A stretch of DNA of 32,000 nt from Mycolicibacterium smegmatis (GTDB taxonomy: Bacteria; Actinomycetota; Actinomycetes; Mycobacteriales; Mycobacteriaceae), in NCBI RefSeq assembly GCF_001457595.1, contig NZ_LN831039.1, forward strand, positions 390,001-422,000, given 5' to 3'. The notes beneath the pieces are model-generated. The model made no database searches and was not told the DNA's origin. It was given only the letters and a program-made list of their open reading frames with translations. The position numbers and the translations under genes were made by a program. Positions 8,352 through 16,789 of this stretch are shown here, piece after piece (position 1 is the first letter of the stretch; each line of letters opens with the position of its first letter).

Positions 8352-9941
8352 TCACCAGTAGCGGCGCAACCGGTCGCGGTAGTTGCGGCCGTCGGGGTCG
8401 TAGACCGCCCGGTACACCGGTTCGGCCCACGCGCGTGTGAGCAGTCCGAGGCGCTCAGGGCGGTGTGGGCGCAACCGCCCGGGTGGCCGGGGCCCGGTTC
8501 GTCCGCTGTCATACCAGGCCTGCAGAGCGTTCGCCGATGCGTTGACCGCCGCGACCGCGTCGCTCGGGTCGATCAGCGCCGCGTCGTCGTTTTTCCCGTC
8601 GAGGTCGAGATGCTCGCGCAACAACTTCAGACGCAGTTCACGCGCGAAGACACGGGCGCCGTCGCCGAGCCCGGCCGGGTCCCGGGGCTCACGTTCCTCG
8701 CGCTCGTCGTCGAGCACCGCACACGACAGTTCGCTGTCGTGCGTCCACGACCGGCGGTTGAAGTTGTCGCTGCCGACGCTGGCCCACACATCGTCGATCA
8801 CACACACCTTGGCATGAACGTAAACCGGTGTGCCTTTGTGGTTTTCCACGTCGAACACGTGCACACGGTCCGGTGCGGCCCGACGGCACGTGGCGATGGC
8901 CTGTTGCCGACCCACCTGGTTGGGCGGTAACGAGAGCCTGCCGTCCACATCCGGGTGTCGCGGCACCACCGCGATCAGGTGCAGATCGGGATTGGCCGCC
9001 AGCGCCGCGGCGAACAACCGCGAAACCTGTTTGGACCACAGATACTGGTCCTCCAGATAGATCAGCCGCCTGGCGCGCAGCACGGCCTTGGTGTAGCCGC
9101 GAGCGATGCTGCGTTCACCGCGTGGGGCGAAGTCGTATTCGAAGTGCGCGTCGGGGTAAGTACGCAGCACCTGGACGGCCTGGGTCCCGCACGGCGGGGG
9201 ATCCGGTGGCCGGCCGGGCAGCGGATCCGCGCTCAGGTCGCTGCGGCGCAGCTTGTCGGTGATCCAGGCGATCGGCGAGAGCATGTCCAGCGGCGCCGGG
9301 TCGGTCCAGCGCTCCCGGAACGTGAGGTCGAGGGCGCCCACCGCGGGGCCCCGGATCTGTAACTGCGCATCGTGCCACGGTGGGTGGTCGCCGTACTGCC
9401 TGCCCATCGGTACGGCCTGCGGGTCGCCACGATGCGCGGCGTCATCCCGTCGGGAATGACACAGATCGATACCGCCGGCAAAGGCGACGTCCCGCTGGGG
9501 TGACGCCGGGTGACGCAGCACCACCAGTTTCTGGTGGTGGGAACCGCCGATGCGCACCCGCTGGTCGAGCAGCACCTCACCGCCTGCGCGTTCGATCGCC
9601 TCGCCGAGGTGCCGGTTCTGCTCCTCGCTGTAGGCGAACTGGTCCAGATGCGAGCGCCACATGAGGCCCTTGACCACCACACCGCGCTGCGCGGCACGGC
9701 AGAAGAGTTCGGCGATCGTCGGTCCGCCGTCACGGGTCCTCTCGTCGGGATCACCGCGCCAGTCGGTGAAGAACAGGTGGTCACCGCGGCCCAGTTTCTC
9801 GACCTCGTCGGTGAGGCGGTCGAAGTAGGTCGCGCCGTGGACCAGGACCTCGATGTCGTTGCCGGTGCACCAGTCCGGCAACGACGTGTGCGGGTTCCCG
9901 CGCTCCTCTGCGGTCAGGAACCAGTCGGCCAGCCCAGCCAT
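8352..9941 (-). CDS. Phospholipase D / cardiolipin-synthase superfamily protein with two HKD motifs
   Basis: First motif GGSHHQKLVVL..GGIDL; second motif VYVHAKVCVIDDVWASVGSDNFNRRS (HxKx4Dx6GSxN). The start at 9941 (MAGLADW) follows GGAGG; the ORF track extends to 10022. Confidence 0.8.
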   Translation of the reverse strand: MAGLADWFLTAEERGNPHTSLPDWCTGNDIEVLVHGATYFDRLTDEVEKLGRGDHLFFTDWRGDPDERTRDGGPTIAELFCRAAQRGVVVKGLMWRSHLDQFAYSEEQNRHLGEAIERAGGEVLLDQRVRIGGSHHQKLVVLRHPASPQRDVAFAGGIDLCHSRRDDAAHRGDPQAVPMGRQYGDHPPWHDAQLQIRGPAVGALDLTFRERWTDPAPLDMLSPIAWITDKLRRSDLSADPLPGRPPDPPPCGTQAVQVLRTYPDAHFEYDFAPRGERSIARGYTKAVLRARRLIYLEDQYLWSKQVSRLFAAALAANPDLHLIAVVPRHPDVDGRLSLPPNQVGRQQAIATCRRAAPDRVHVFDVENHKGTPVYVHAKVCVIDDVWASVGSDNFNRRSWTHDSELSCAVLDDEREEREPRDPAGLGDGARVFARELRLKLLREHLDLDGKNDDAALIDPSDAVAAVNASANALQAWYDSGRTGPRPPGRLRPHRPERLGLLTRAWAEPVYRAVYDPDGRNYRDRLRRYW

Positions 9942-10044
9942 CACGCCACCTCCAGCGCCCGCCGGCGAGTAGTTTGATCGGTCGGAGCGGGCATACCCGT
10001 TTCTCTGATCACCTAGCCGCATGCCGTGGAACGAGGATGAGGGA

Positions 10045-11067
10045 ATGCCGCCGGTCCTGAGCGACCCGAGAACTGTGGTCTTTGCGCTCTACGACAAGGT
10101 GACGTTGGCCGACGTCGCTGCCCCGTTGGAAATTTTTGCCCGCGCAAACGATTTCGGCGCGAACTACACCGTCCTGCTCGCCTCGCTCACGGGGACCGCT
10201 GTCGGCACGACGGCGTTCGCGAAGCTGGACGCCAACGTTGCGCTCGACGAGGTTCCCGCTGCGGTCGACACGCTGGTGGTACCGGGTGGCGTGCCCGCCG
10301 GATTCTCGTTCACCCCTGGCCTGCATGATATTCCGGAAGAACCGACGCCTGACACCATCCCCGACGCCGTGCACCTGGTGCGCCACCTGGCGCCGCGGGC
10401 GCGTCGCGTCGCGTCGGTCTGTACCGGTGCCTTCGTCCTGGCCGCACTCGGGCTGCTGAACGGCCGTCGTGCGACGACGCACTGGGCCCACTGCCAGACG
10501 CTCGCCCGCAACTACCCGCACGTGCGCGTCGATCCCGATTCGTTGTTCGTGCAGGACGGCCGATTCTTCACCGGCGCCGGGATATCGGCGGGTACCGATC
10601 TGGCGCTCGCGCTGGTGGAGAGTGACCACGGGCCCACCATGGCGCGCCGGGTTGCGCGGTGGATGGTCGTGTTCCTGCAACGTCCGGGCGGACAGGCCCA
10701 GTTCAGCGTGTGGTCCGGACTTCCTGCGGCTGACGGCCTGCGGGAGATCATGGATTCGGTGATCGCCGACCCGGGCGCCGACCATTCACTTGCCGCGCTG
10801 GCCGCGCGGGCAGCGGTGAGTGAACGCCATCTCGTGCGGATGTTCCGTGAGCAGGTCGGGATGACACCCGCGCGGTTCGTCGAACAGGCGCGCCTGGAGG
10901 CTGCCAAAGTGCTTCTCGCAACAGGTGATCAGGCCCAGGACGCCGTCGCGCGACTCGTCGGGTTCGGCAGCCCGGACACCATGCGCAGAACGTTCCGCAG
11001 AAACCTCGGGATTTCGCCGGGGCTGTACCGCAACCGCTTCCGGACCACCGGCATCGACCCGCAGTGA
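10045..11067 (+). CDS. GlxA-family transcriptional regulator (DJ-1/PfpI-like domain + AraC-type HTH)
   Basis: N-terminal DJ-1/PfpI-like fold with the nucleophile-elbow region VASVCTGAFVLAALGLLNGRRATTHW. C-terminal AraC HTH (ERHLVRMFREQVGMTPARFVEQARLEAAKVLL..GFGSPDTMRRTFRRNLGISPGLYR). The ATG at 10045 is preceded by GAGGA. Confidence 0.8.
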   Translation: MPPVLSDPRTVVFALYDKVTLADVAAPLEIFARANDFGANYTVLLASLTGTAVGTTAFAKLDANVALDEVPAAVDTLVVPGGVPAGFSFTPGLHDIPEEPTPDTIPDAVHLVRHLAPRARRVASVCTGAFVLAALGLLNGRRATTHWAHCQTLARNYPHVRVDPDSLFVQDGRFFTGAGISAGTDLALALVESDHGPTMARRVARWMVVFLQRPGGQAQFSVWSGLPAADGLREIMDSVIADPGADHSLAALAARAAVSERHLVRMFREQVGMTPARFVEQARLEAAKVLLATGDQAQDAVARLVGFGSPDTMRRTFRRNLGISPGLYRNRFRTTGIDPQ

Positions 11068-11134
11068 CGGACACCTTGCGTGCAGATCCGGACATCGGCA
11101 GGCGACGGACGCGGAAGCGAACCACGCTGATGGC

Positions 11135-11875
11135 ATGCGGCTCCAGCATTTCATCGGCGGGTTGGAGGGGCTGACCGGGCCTCTCGATTTCGAGAAACGG
11201 GTCTTCGTAGAAGACTGGGAGAAGCGGATATTCGGCATTCACGTGGCGATGATGGCGCTGAGCACACATCTGGGGGAGGCGCTGCCCGGGTATCCCGTCG
11301 CCGACGTGCCGACCACGTTCCGCGAGAAGTGGACCTGGGCCCATCTGCGCACCGGCGCCGAGGGAATGAATCCGTTCGACTACTTCAAGTTTCGCTACTA
11401 CGAGAAGTGGCTGGGCGGCATCAGCCAGTTCTTCGTCGACAAGGGATATCTGTCGGAAGACGAGATACGCGCCGCGCCAGTCGGTTCGCCACCGAAGGCC
11501 ACAGCGCCCGGCGGGAAAGCGGCCATCGACGATCAGGTTCTCGACTACCTCCGACGCGGTGACAGCCCTCGACGCGGCCCGGCGAGGCCTAGGTTCGCTC
11601 CCGGCGACACGGTACGGATCGCCGACGTCCCCGCAGGCGAGCACACGCGGCTGCCGGGATATCTGCGCAACCGGACCGGGACCGTGGAGCGCTGTTTCGA
11701 AGGCGAGTACTCCTACTTCGTCCACACCGGCGACGGAATCGGTGACCCCATGCCGATCTACATCGTCGAATTCACGCCCCGAGAACTGTGGGGTGCTCGT
11801 GCCGAACCCGGCGCGAGCGCGCTCTACGCAGAGTTGTTCGAGGCATATCTGTCACCAGTTGAGGAGGACCAGTGA
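11135..11875 (+). CDS. nthB: Nitrile hydratase beta subunit
   Basis: MRLQHFIGGLEGLTGPLDFEKRVFVEDWEKRIFG.. matches the NHase beta N-terminus. The C-terminal GDTVRI..HTRLPGYLRNRTGTV..IYIVEFTPRELWG block is typical. The stop overlaps the alpha start (GTGA). Confidence 0.85.
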   Translation: MRLQHFIGGLEGLTGPLDFEKRVFVEDWEKRIFGIHVAMMALSTHLGEALPGYPVADVPTTFREKWTWAHLRTGAEGMNPFDYFKFRYYEKWLGGISQFFVDKGYLSEDEIRAAPVGSPPKATAPGGKAAIDDQVLDYLRRGDSPRRGPARPRFAPGDTVRIADVPAGEHTRLPGYLRNRTGTVERCFEGEYSYFVHTGDGIGDPMPIYIVEFTPRELWGARAEPGASALYAELFEAYLSPVEEDQ

Positions 11876-12492
11876 GTGATCAGTTCGCCTATCCGGCCGA
11901 TCGTGAACAGGACAGCGCGTGGCGGGTCGCGGCGCTCGAACGCCTGCTGATCGAGAAGGGTGTCATCACCGACCAGACCGTCGACAAGGTGCTGGGCTAC
12001 TTCGAATCCGAGATGACACCGCTGAACGGCAAGAAGATCGTCGTGAAGGCCTGGACCGACCCGGATTTCGCGGCGCGCGTGGTGACGGATACTCCCGCGG
12101 CCCTGGCCGAACTGGACCTCCCCGAGGGGATGGCCGGCGCCGAGGGCGAACACATCCAGGCCGTCGCAAACGCCCCCGGCATCCACAACCTGGTGATCTG
12201 CACGCTGTGTTCGTGCTTTCCGTGGCCGGTCCTCGGGCTGCCGCCGTACTGGTACAAGGACCCCGTGTTCCGCGCGAGGGCCGCGAGTGAACCCCGCACG
12301 GTACTGGCCGAGGTCGGCGTCGACCTGCCGGACGACACCGAGATCAGGGTGTGGGATTCCAGCGGGCACTCCCGGTGGTTCGTCATCCCCGAACGGCCCG
12401 CAGGCACCGAGGAACTCACCGACGAGCAACTCATGGACCTCGTCACCACCGAGTCGATGATCGGCGTGGCCCTGGCGGGGCGGCCGGCATGA
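11872..12492 (+). CDS. nthA: Nitrile hydratase alpha subunit, cobalt type
   Basis: The metal-binding claw VICTLCSC (C-T-L-C-S-C) has Thr in the second position, as in Co-type enzymes. GAGGAGG lies just upstream of the GTG start. Confidence 0.9.
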   Translation: MSDQFAYPADREQDSAWRVAALERLLIEKGVITDQTVDKVLGYFESEMTPLNGKKIVVKAWTDPDFAARVVTDTPAALAELDLPEGMAGAEGEHIQAVANAPGIHNLVICTLCSCFPWPVLGLPPYWYKDPVFRARAASEPRTVLAEVGVDLPDDTEIRVWDSSGHSRWFVIPERPAGTEELTDEQLMDLVTTESMIGVALAGRPA

Positions 12493-12770
12493 AACTCCAC
12501 CAGACGTGCACCACTGACCAGGCGGCACCTTCCTTCGACCACGAGTGGCAGCGCCGGGCGTTCGGCCTCGCCCTGGCACTGTCGGAGTTCGGCCACTACC
12601 CATGGAGCGAGTTCCAGCAGAGCCTCATCGACGCGATCGGCGCCTGGGAGACCACAGGGGGTTCGGATTCCGATTCCCATGCCGACTGGCAGTACTACGA
12701 CCACTGGGTCGCCGCACTCGAAAAGGTCGTCGCACAGCGGGGCCTTCTCGCCGGCGCCGCGGGTTCGTGA
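12489..12770 (+). CDS. Nitrile hydratase accessory (activator) protein
   Basis: The 93-aa product (MKLHQ..PSFDHEWQRRAFGLALALSE..WSEFQQSLIDAI..YYDHWVAALEKVV) resembles the small beta-homologous NHase accessory proteins. Its start overlaps the alpha stop (ATGA). The longer 12351 start in the ORF track is rejected. Confidence 0.75.
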   Translation: MKLHQTCTTDQAAPSFDHEWQRRAFGLALALSEFGHYPWSEFQQSLIDAIGAWETTGGSDSDSHADWQYYDHWVAALEKVVAQRGLLAGAAGS

Positions 12771-13233
12771 ACAGTTGTTGAAACGGTTCAACGAAAAGGG
12801 AATGCCGTACTTTTCGGCTGGGAATTGACGACGGCGCCAAGTTCGCCTCACGGCCACAAAGGGCTCTTGTGATGCGGTATGAGTCGTCACCACGTTGCCA
12901 GTGCCGCCATCTGCGCCGAGGCGAGTCCTCGGCAAAGCGACCACACCGTGCGCTCCCGACATCGCCCTGAGATATCGGCGGGTACCGGCGGTTCGGCGAC
13001 CCATCAGGCGGGAGTGGTGGTTTGAATGGCTCGTCCCCGCTGAAGGTAGGCGTCACATCGTGGTGGACGGGCCTTTTGTGGACCGTACTGTTCGGGTCCG
13101 CTGGAGGGGAGCGGTGTGCACCCAATTGATGGACGGATCGTCACCGTTTGGTCAGAGATGGGCCCTCAGCAAACGCCGATCGATCTTGAGAAAATTCGCT
13201 GCTAGGGTGGTCGCTGGTCACTAGTGCCTGTGA

Positions 13234-13295
13234 ATTTGCTGTCTCATTTATTTGGTCGATGTTTGCTGAGTGAACACGCTGTTGCGTGTTTGCTT
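13234..13295 (+). promoter_or_regulatory. Three phased (A/G)TTTGCT(G/T) motifs, exactly 27 bp apart, in the AT-richer patch upstream of mmpS4
   Basis: TTTGCT occurs at 13235, 13262 and 13289. It lies in a locally low-GC segment about 190-250 bp upstream of the mmpS4 start. Function is inferred. Confidence 0.3.
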
Positions 13296-13480
13296 GCGCG
13301 AGTTATCGTGCGGCGCATACCGATTGCGTATCCGCTGGGCAACGGTCTGATACGCCAGTGCCAGTCATGGTTTACTCTTCAGGACCAGGCTGCGCCCCCC
13401 CGTGGTGCCGCGCGCTGCGATCCCGTCGCAGCAGTGATGTTGGGTGTGGATAGGGGAGGAGATCTACGATTTTTCGGCTC

Positions 13481-13900
13481 GTGAGGCGGCTGTGGATTCC
13501 GCTGTTGGTGATTGCGGTGGTCGCCGTTGGCGGCTTCACCGTCTCGCGGTTGCACAACGTCTTCGGCGCCGAGAAGCGTGTGGCGTATTCAGACACCAAA
13601 GCCACCGACTCCAAGCCCTTCAATCCCAAGAAACTGGTTTACGAGGTTTTCGGTCCTCCCGGCACCGTCGCGAGTATCAGCTACTTCGATGAGAATTCCG
13701 ACCCGCAGTTCGTCGAGGGTGTCAGCCTGCCCTGGGTCCTGGAATTCGACATCAACAAGGCCACCGCCGTCGGAAGCCTCATGGCCCAAGGCGACAGCAG
13801 CAGTATCGGGTGCCGTATCAAAGTTGACGACGAGGTCAAGGCCGAGAAGGTCTCGAATCAGACAAACGCCTTCACCTCCTGCCTGTTGAAGGCCGCATGA
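13481..13900 (+). CDS. mmpS4: MmpS4-family membrane protein
   Basis: [69 protein letters not shown] aligns along its whole length with my recollection of M. tuberculosis MmpS4. The stop overlaps the mmpL4a start (ATGA). Confidence 0.9.
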   Translation: MRRLWIPLLVIAVVAVGGFTVSRLHNVFGAEKRVAYSDTKATDSKPFNPKKLVYEVFGPPGTVASISYFDENSDPQFVEGVSLPWVLEFDINKATAVGSLMAQGDSSSIGCRIKVDDEVKAEKVSNQTNAFTSCLLKAA

Positions 13901-16779
13901 GCGAGACGACAGTGACTCAGGACCAGCAGCGCAGGCCGCGGATCGCCTCGTTCATCCGCCGGTTCTCAGTCCTGATCATCCTGGCCTGGATCGGCGTGGC
14001 GGTCGTGGCGACAGTCGTGATCCCTCCACTCGAAGTCGTCGAGCGTGAGCACTCGGTCTCGCTGAGCCCCGCGGATGCCCCGTCGGTGAAGGCCATGAAA
14101 CAGATGGGCATCCTGTTCGAGGAGTCGAACTCCGAGAGCATCGCCGTCCTGGTCCTCGAGGGACAGGATCGGCTGGGCGACGACGCCCACGCGTACTACG
14201 ACAAGATCATCGACCAGCTCGAAGCTGACACCGAGCACGTCCAGCACGTCCAGGACTTCTGGGGTGACCCGCTGACGGCGGGCGCCGCGGAGAGCGCCGA
14301 CGGCAAGGCTGCCTACGTCCAGCTCAACCTGCACGGCAGCTTCGGCCAGGCAGAGGGCACGGCATCGGTGCGTGCCGTCCAGGACATTGTCAAGAACACT
14401 CCCGCGCCGGAAGGTGTGACGGCATACGTCACAGGACCGGCCGCGATCGTCGCGGATATGGGCCAGAGCGGCAACCGCACGGTCCTGCTCATCACCCTGG
14501 TCACCGTCGGCGTCATCTTCCTGATGCTGCTCCTGCTCTACCGCAGGCTGCTCATCGTGCTGATCCTGTTGGCCACTGTCGCAATCGAGCTGCAGGTGGC
14601 GCGCGGCCTGGTCGCGTTCCTCGCATTGCACGGCATTGTCGGCTTGACCACCTACGTGGTGAACCTGCTCGTTTCGGTCGGTATCGCGGCAGGTACCGAC
14701 TACGGCATCTTCTTCGCTGGCCGCTATCAGGAGGCACGGCAGGCCGGCGAGGACCGGGAACAGGCTTTCTACACCTCGTTCAGCGGTGTGGCGAAGGTCG
14801 TCCTGGCCTCGGGTGCGACGATCGCCGGTGCCATCGCGTGCCTCAGTTTCACCCGGCTGCCCTACTTCCAGCCGCTCGGTATTCCTGGCGCGGTCGGTAT
14901 CGCGGTCGCCGTCGCGGTCGCACTCACTTTGGTTCCGGCCTGTATCGCTGCGACCAACCGTTTCGGCTGGTTCGACCCGAGACGTCTGGTGACCACGCGT
15001 CGTTGGCGGCGTATCGGGACAGCCGTGGTGCGGTGGCCGGCGCCGATCCTCATCGCGTCGATCGCCGTGGCGGTGATCGGCTTGTTGACGCTGCCCGGTT
15101 ACAACCCGAGCTACAGCGACCAGAAGTACATCCCGCAGGACATCCCGGCAAATCAGGGGTACGCGGCAGCGGCACGGCACTTCCCCGAGTCGAAGATGAC
15201 GACGCCGGACATCCTGCTGGTCGAGTCCGATCACGACATGCGGAACTCGGCCGATCTGCTCGTGCTGAACAAGCTGGCGAAAGCGGTCTTCGCGGTTCCC
15301 GGTGTTGCGAACATCCAGTCGGTGACGCGGCCTGAGGGCAAGCCGATCGAACACACGTCGATCCCGTTCATGCTCAGCATGTCCAACGCCAGCCAGCGGC
15401 TGAGCCTGCCATTCCAGCAGCAGCGCATGGAGGACATGCTCAAGCAGGCCGACGAGATGGCGACGACCATCGCGCTGATGCAACGTATGTATGCGTTGAT
15501 GCAGGAGATGGTCGGGATCACGCACCGGACGGTCGAGACGACCCATGAGGTGCACGCCACCATGGGCGAATTGCGCGACAACATCGCTGATTTCGACGAT
15601 TTCTGGCGTCCGCTGCGCAACTACCTCTACTGGGAAAAGCACTGCTACAACATCCCGCTGTGCTGGTCGATCAGATCCATCTTCGATGCGCTCGACGGCG
15701 TCAACGAGGTGACCGACAAGATGGGCGAGTTGGTCGAGAACCTCGATCGCCTCGACGAGTTGATGCCGCAGATGCTCCTGCAGTTCCCGCCCATGATCGC
15801 GACGATGCAGAACACGCGCGCGATGATGCTGACGATGCACGCGACGATGTCCGGCATCTTCTCGCAGATGGACGAGACCACTGAGAACGCGACGGCCATG
15901 GGTAAGGCCTTCGACCAGGCCAACAACGATGATTCGTTCTACCTACCGCCCGAGGTACTCGAGAACGACGATTTCAAACGCGTCATGGAGATCTTCCTGT
16001 CTCCCGACGGCAAGGCCGCGCGCATGTTGATCACCCAGCGCAGCGACCCGGCGACGCCGCAAGGCATTGCGCTCGTCGAACCGATCCGTATCGCGGCCGA
16101 GGAGGCCCTGAAGGGCACACCGCTCGAGAGCGCGAACATCTACCTCGCCGGAACGGCGGCGGGCGTGAAGGATCTGGTCGACGGTTCGAAGATCGACCTG
16201 ATGATCGCCGGTGTCGCCGCGCTCTGCCTGATCTTCATCATCATGCTGATAATGACGCGCAGCTTCGTGGCCGCGCTGGTCATCGTCGGCACGGTGGCTA
16301 TGTCGCTAGGCGCGTCGTTCGGCCTGTCGGTTCTGGTCTGGCAGCACCTTCTCGGCATCCAGATCAACTGGGTCGTGCTGGCGATGTCGGTCATCGTCTT
16401 GTTGGCGGTCGGGTCCGATTACAACCTGCTGCTCGTCTCCCGCATGAAGGAAGAGATCGGCGCAGGACTGAACACCGGCATCATCCGGGCGATGGGTGGG
16501 ACCGGAAAGGTCGTCACCGCAGCAGGTTTGGTGTTCGCGGCCACGATGGCGTCGATGATCGTCAGCGATCTTCTGACCATCGGCCAGGTGGGTACCACGA
16601 TCGGTCTCGGCCTGTTGTTCGACACCCTCATCGTGCGTGCCTTCATGGTCCCGTCCATTGCAGCGCTGCTCGGGCGCTGGTTCTGGTGGCCGCAGCGCGT
16701 GCGGCAGCGCCCGGCGAGCGCCATGCTCCGCCCGATCGGGCCCCGACCGCTCGTTCGTTCGCTGCTGCTGAGGGACTAG
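13897..16779 (+). CDS. mmpL4a: RND-superfamily lipid transporter MmpL4a
   Basis: The 960-aa product has 12 predicted TM stretches in two blocks, the conserved GTDYGIFF and [15 protein letters not shown] proton-relay motifs, and a large soluble insert with a coiled-coil-like region. It is translationally coupled to mmpS4. Confidence 0.9.
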   Translation: MSETTVTQDQQRRPRIASFIRRFSVLIILAWIGVAVVATVVIPPLEVVEREHSVSLSPADAPSVKAMKQMGILFEESNSESIAVLVLEGQDRLGDDAHAYYDKIIDQLEADTEHVQHVQDFWGDPLTAGAAESADGKAAYVQLNLHGSFGQAEGTASVRAVQDIVKNTPAPEGVTAYVTGPAAIVADMGQSGNRTVLLITLVTVGVIFLMLLLLYRRLLIVLILLATVAIELQVARGLVAFLALHGIVGLTTYVVNLLVSVGIAAGTDYGIFFAGRYQEARQAGEDREQAFYTSFSGVAKVVLASGATIAGAIACLSFTRLPYFQPLGIPGAVGIAVAVAVALTLVPACIAATNRFGWFDPRRLVTTRRWRRIGTAVVRWPAPILIASIAVAVIGLLTLPGYNPSYSDQKYIPQDIPANQGYAAAARHFPESKMTTPDILLVESDHDMRNSADLLVLNKLAKAVFAVPGVANIQSVTRPEGKPIEHTSIPFMLSMSNASQRLSLPFQQQRMEDMLKQADEMATTIALMQRMYALMQEMVGITHRTVETTHEVHATMGELRDNIADFDDFWRPLRNYLYWEKHCYNIPLCWSIRSIFDALDGVNEVTDKMGELVENLDRLDELMPQMLLQFPPMIATMQNTRAMMLTMHATMSGIFSQMDETTENATAMGKAFDQANNDDSFYLPPEVLENDDFKRVMEIFLSPDGKAARMLITQRSDPATPQGIALVEPIRIAAEEALKGTPLESANIYLAGTAAGVKDLVDGSKIDLMIAGVAALCLIFIIMLIMTRSFVAALVIVGTVAMSLGASFGLSVLVWQHLLGIQINWVVLAMSVIVLLAVGSDYNLLLVSRMKEEIGAGLNTGIIRAMGGTGKVVTAAGLVFAATMASMIVSDLLTIGQVGTTIGLGLLFDTLIVRAFMVPSIAALLGRWFWWPQRVRQRPASAMLRPIGPRPLVRSLLLRD
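16223..16250 (+). repeat. 28-nt stretch identical between mmpL4a and mmpL4b (copy 1)
   Basis: tctgcctgatcttcatcatcatgctgat also occurs at 19138-19165. The two genes are tandem paralogs, and their 3' thirds are highly similar at the nucleotide level. Confidence 0.9.
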
Positions 16780-16789
16780 CGAAACCTGT

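Noticed and set aside
10748-11725. 325-aa minus-strand ORF overlapping the regulator 3' end and the NHase beta gene
   Set aside because: No motifs, and the opposite strand has strong NHase beta similarity. Artefact of GC-rich sequence.
12895-13224. 109-aa ORF inside the long mmpS4 upstream region
   Set aside because: Arg/Trp-rich with no SD and no recognisable domain. The codon pattern does not look coding. It is kept as non-coding, though a small protein cannot be excluded without conservation data.
12771-13480. Possible riboswitch (cobalamin B12-box considered because of the Co-type enzyme nearby) or tRNA in the long intergenic region
   Set aside because: I could not find a B12 box, a T-loop GGTTCGAATCC-like element or any other family signature by eye. 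An Infernal/Rfam scan would be needed to be sure.
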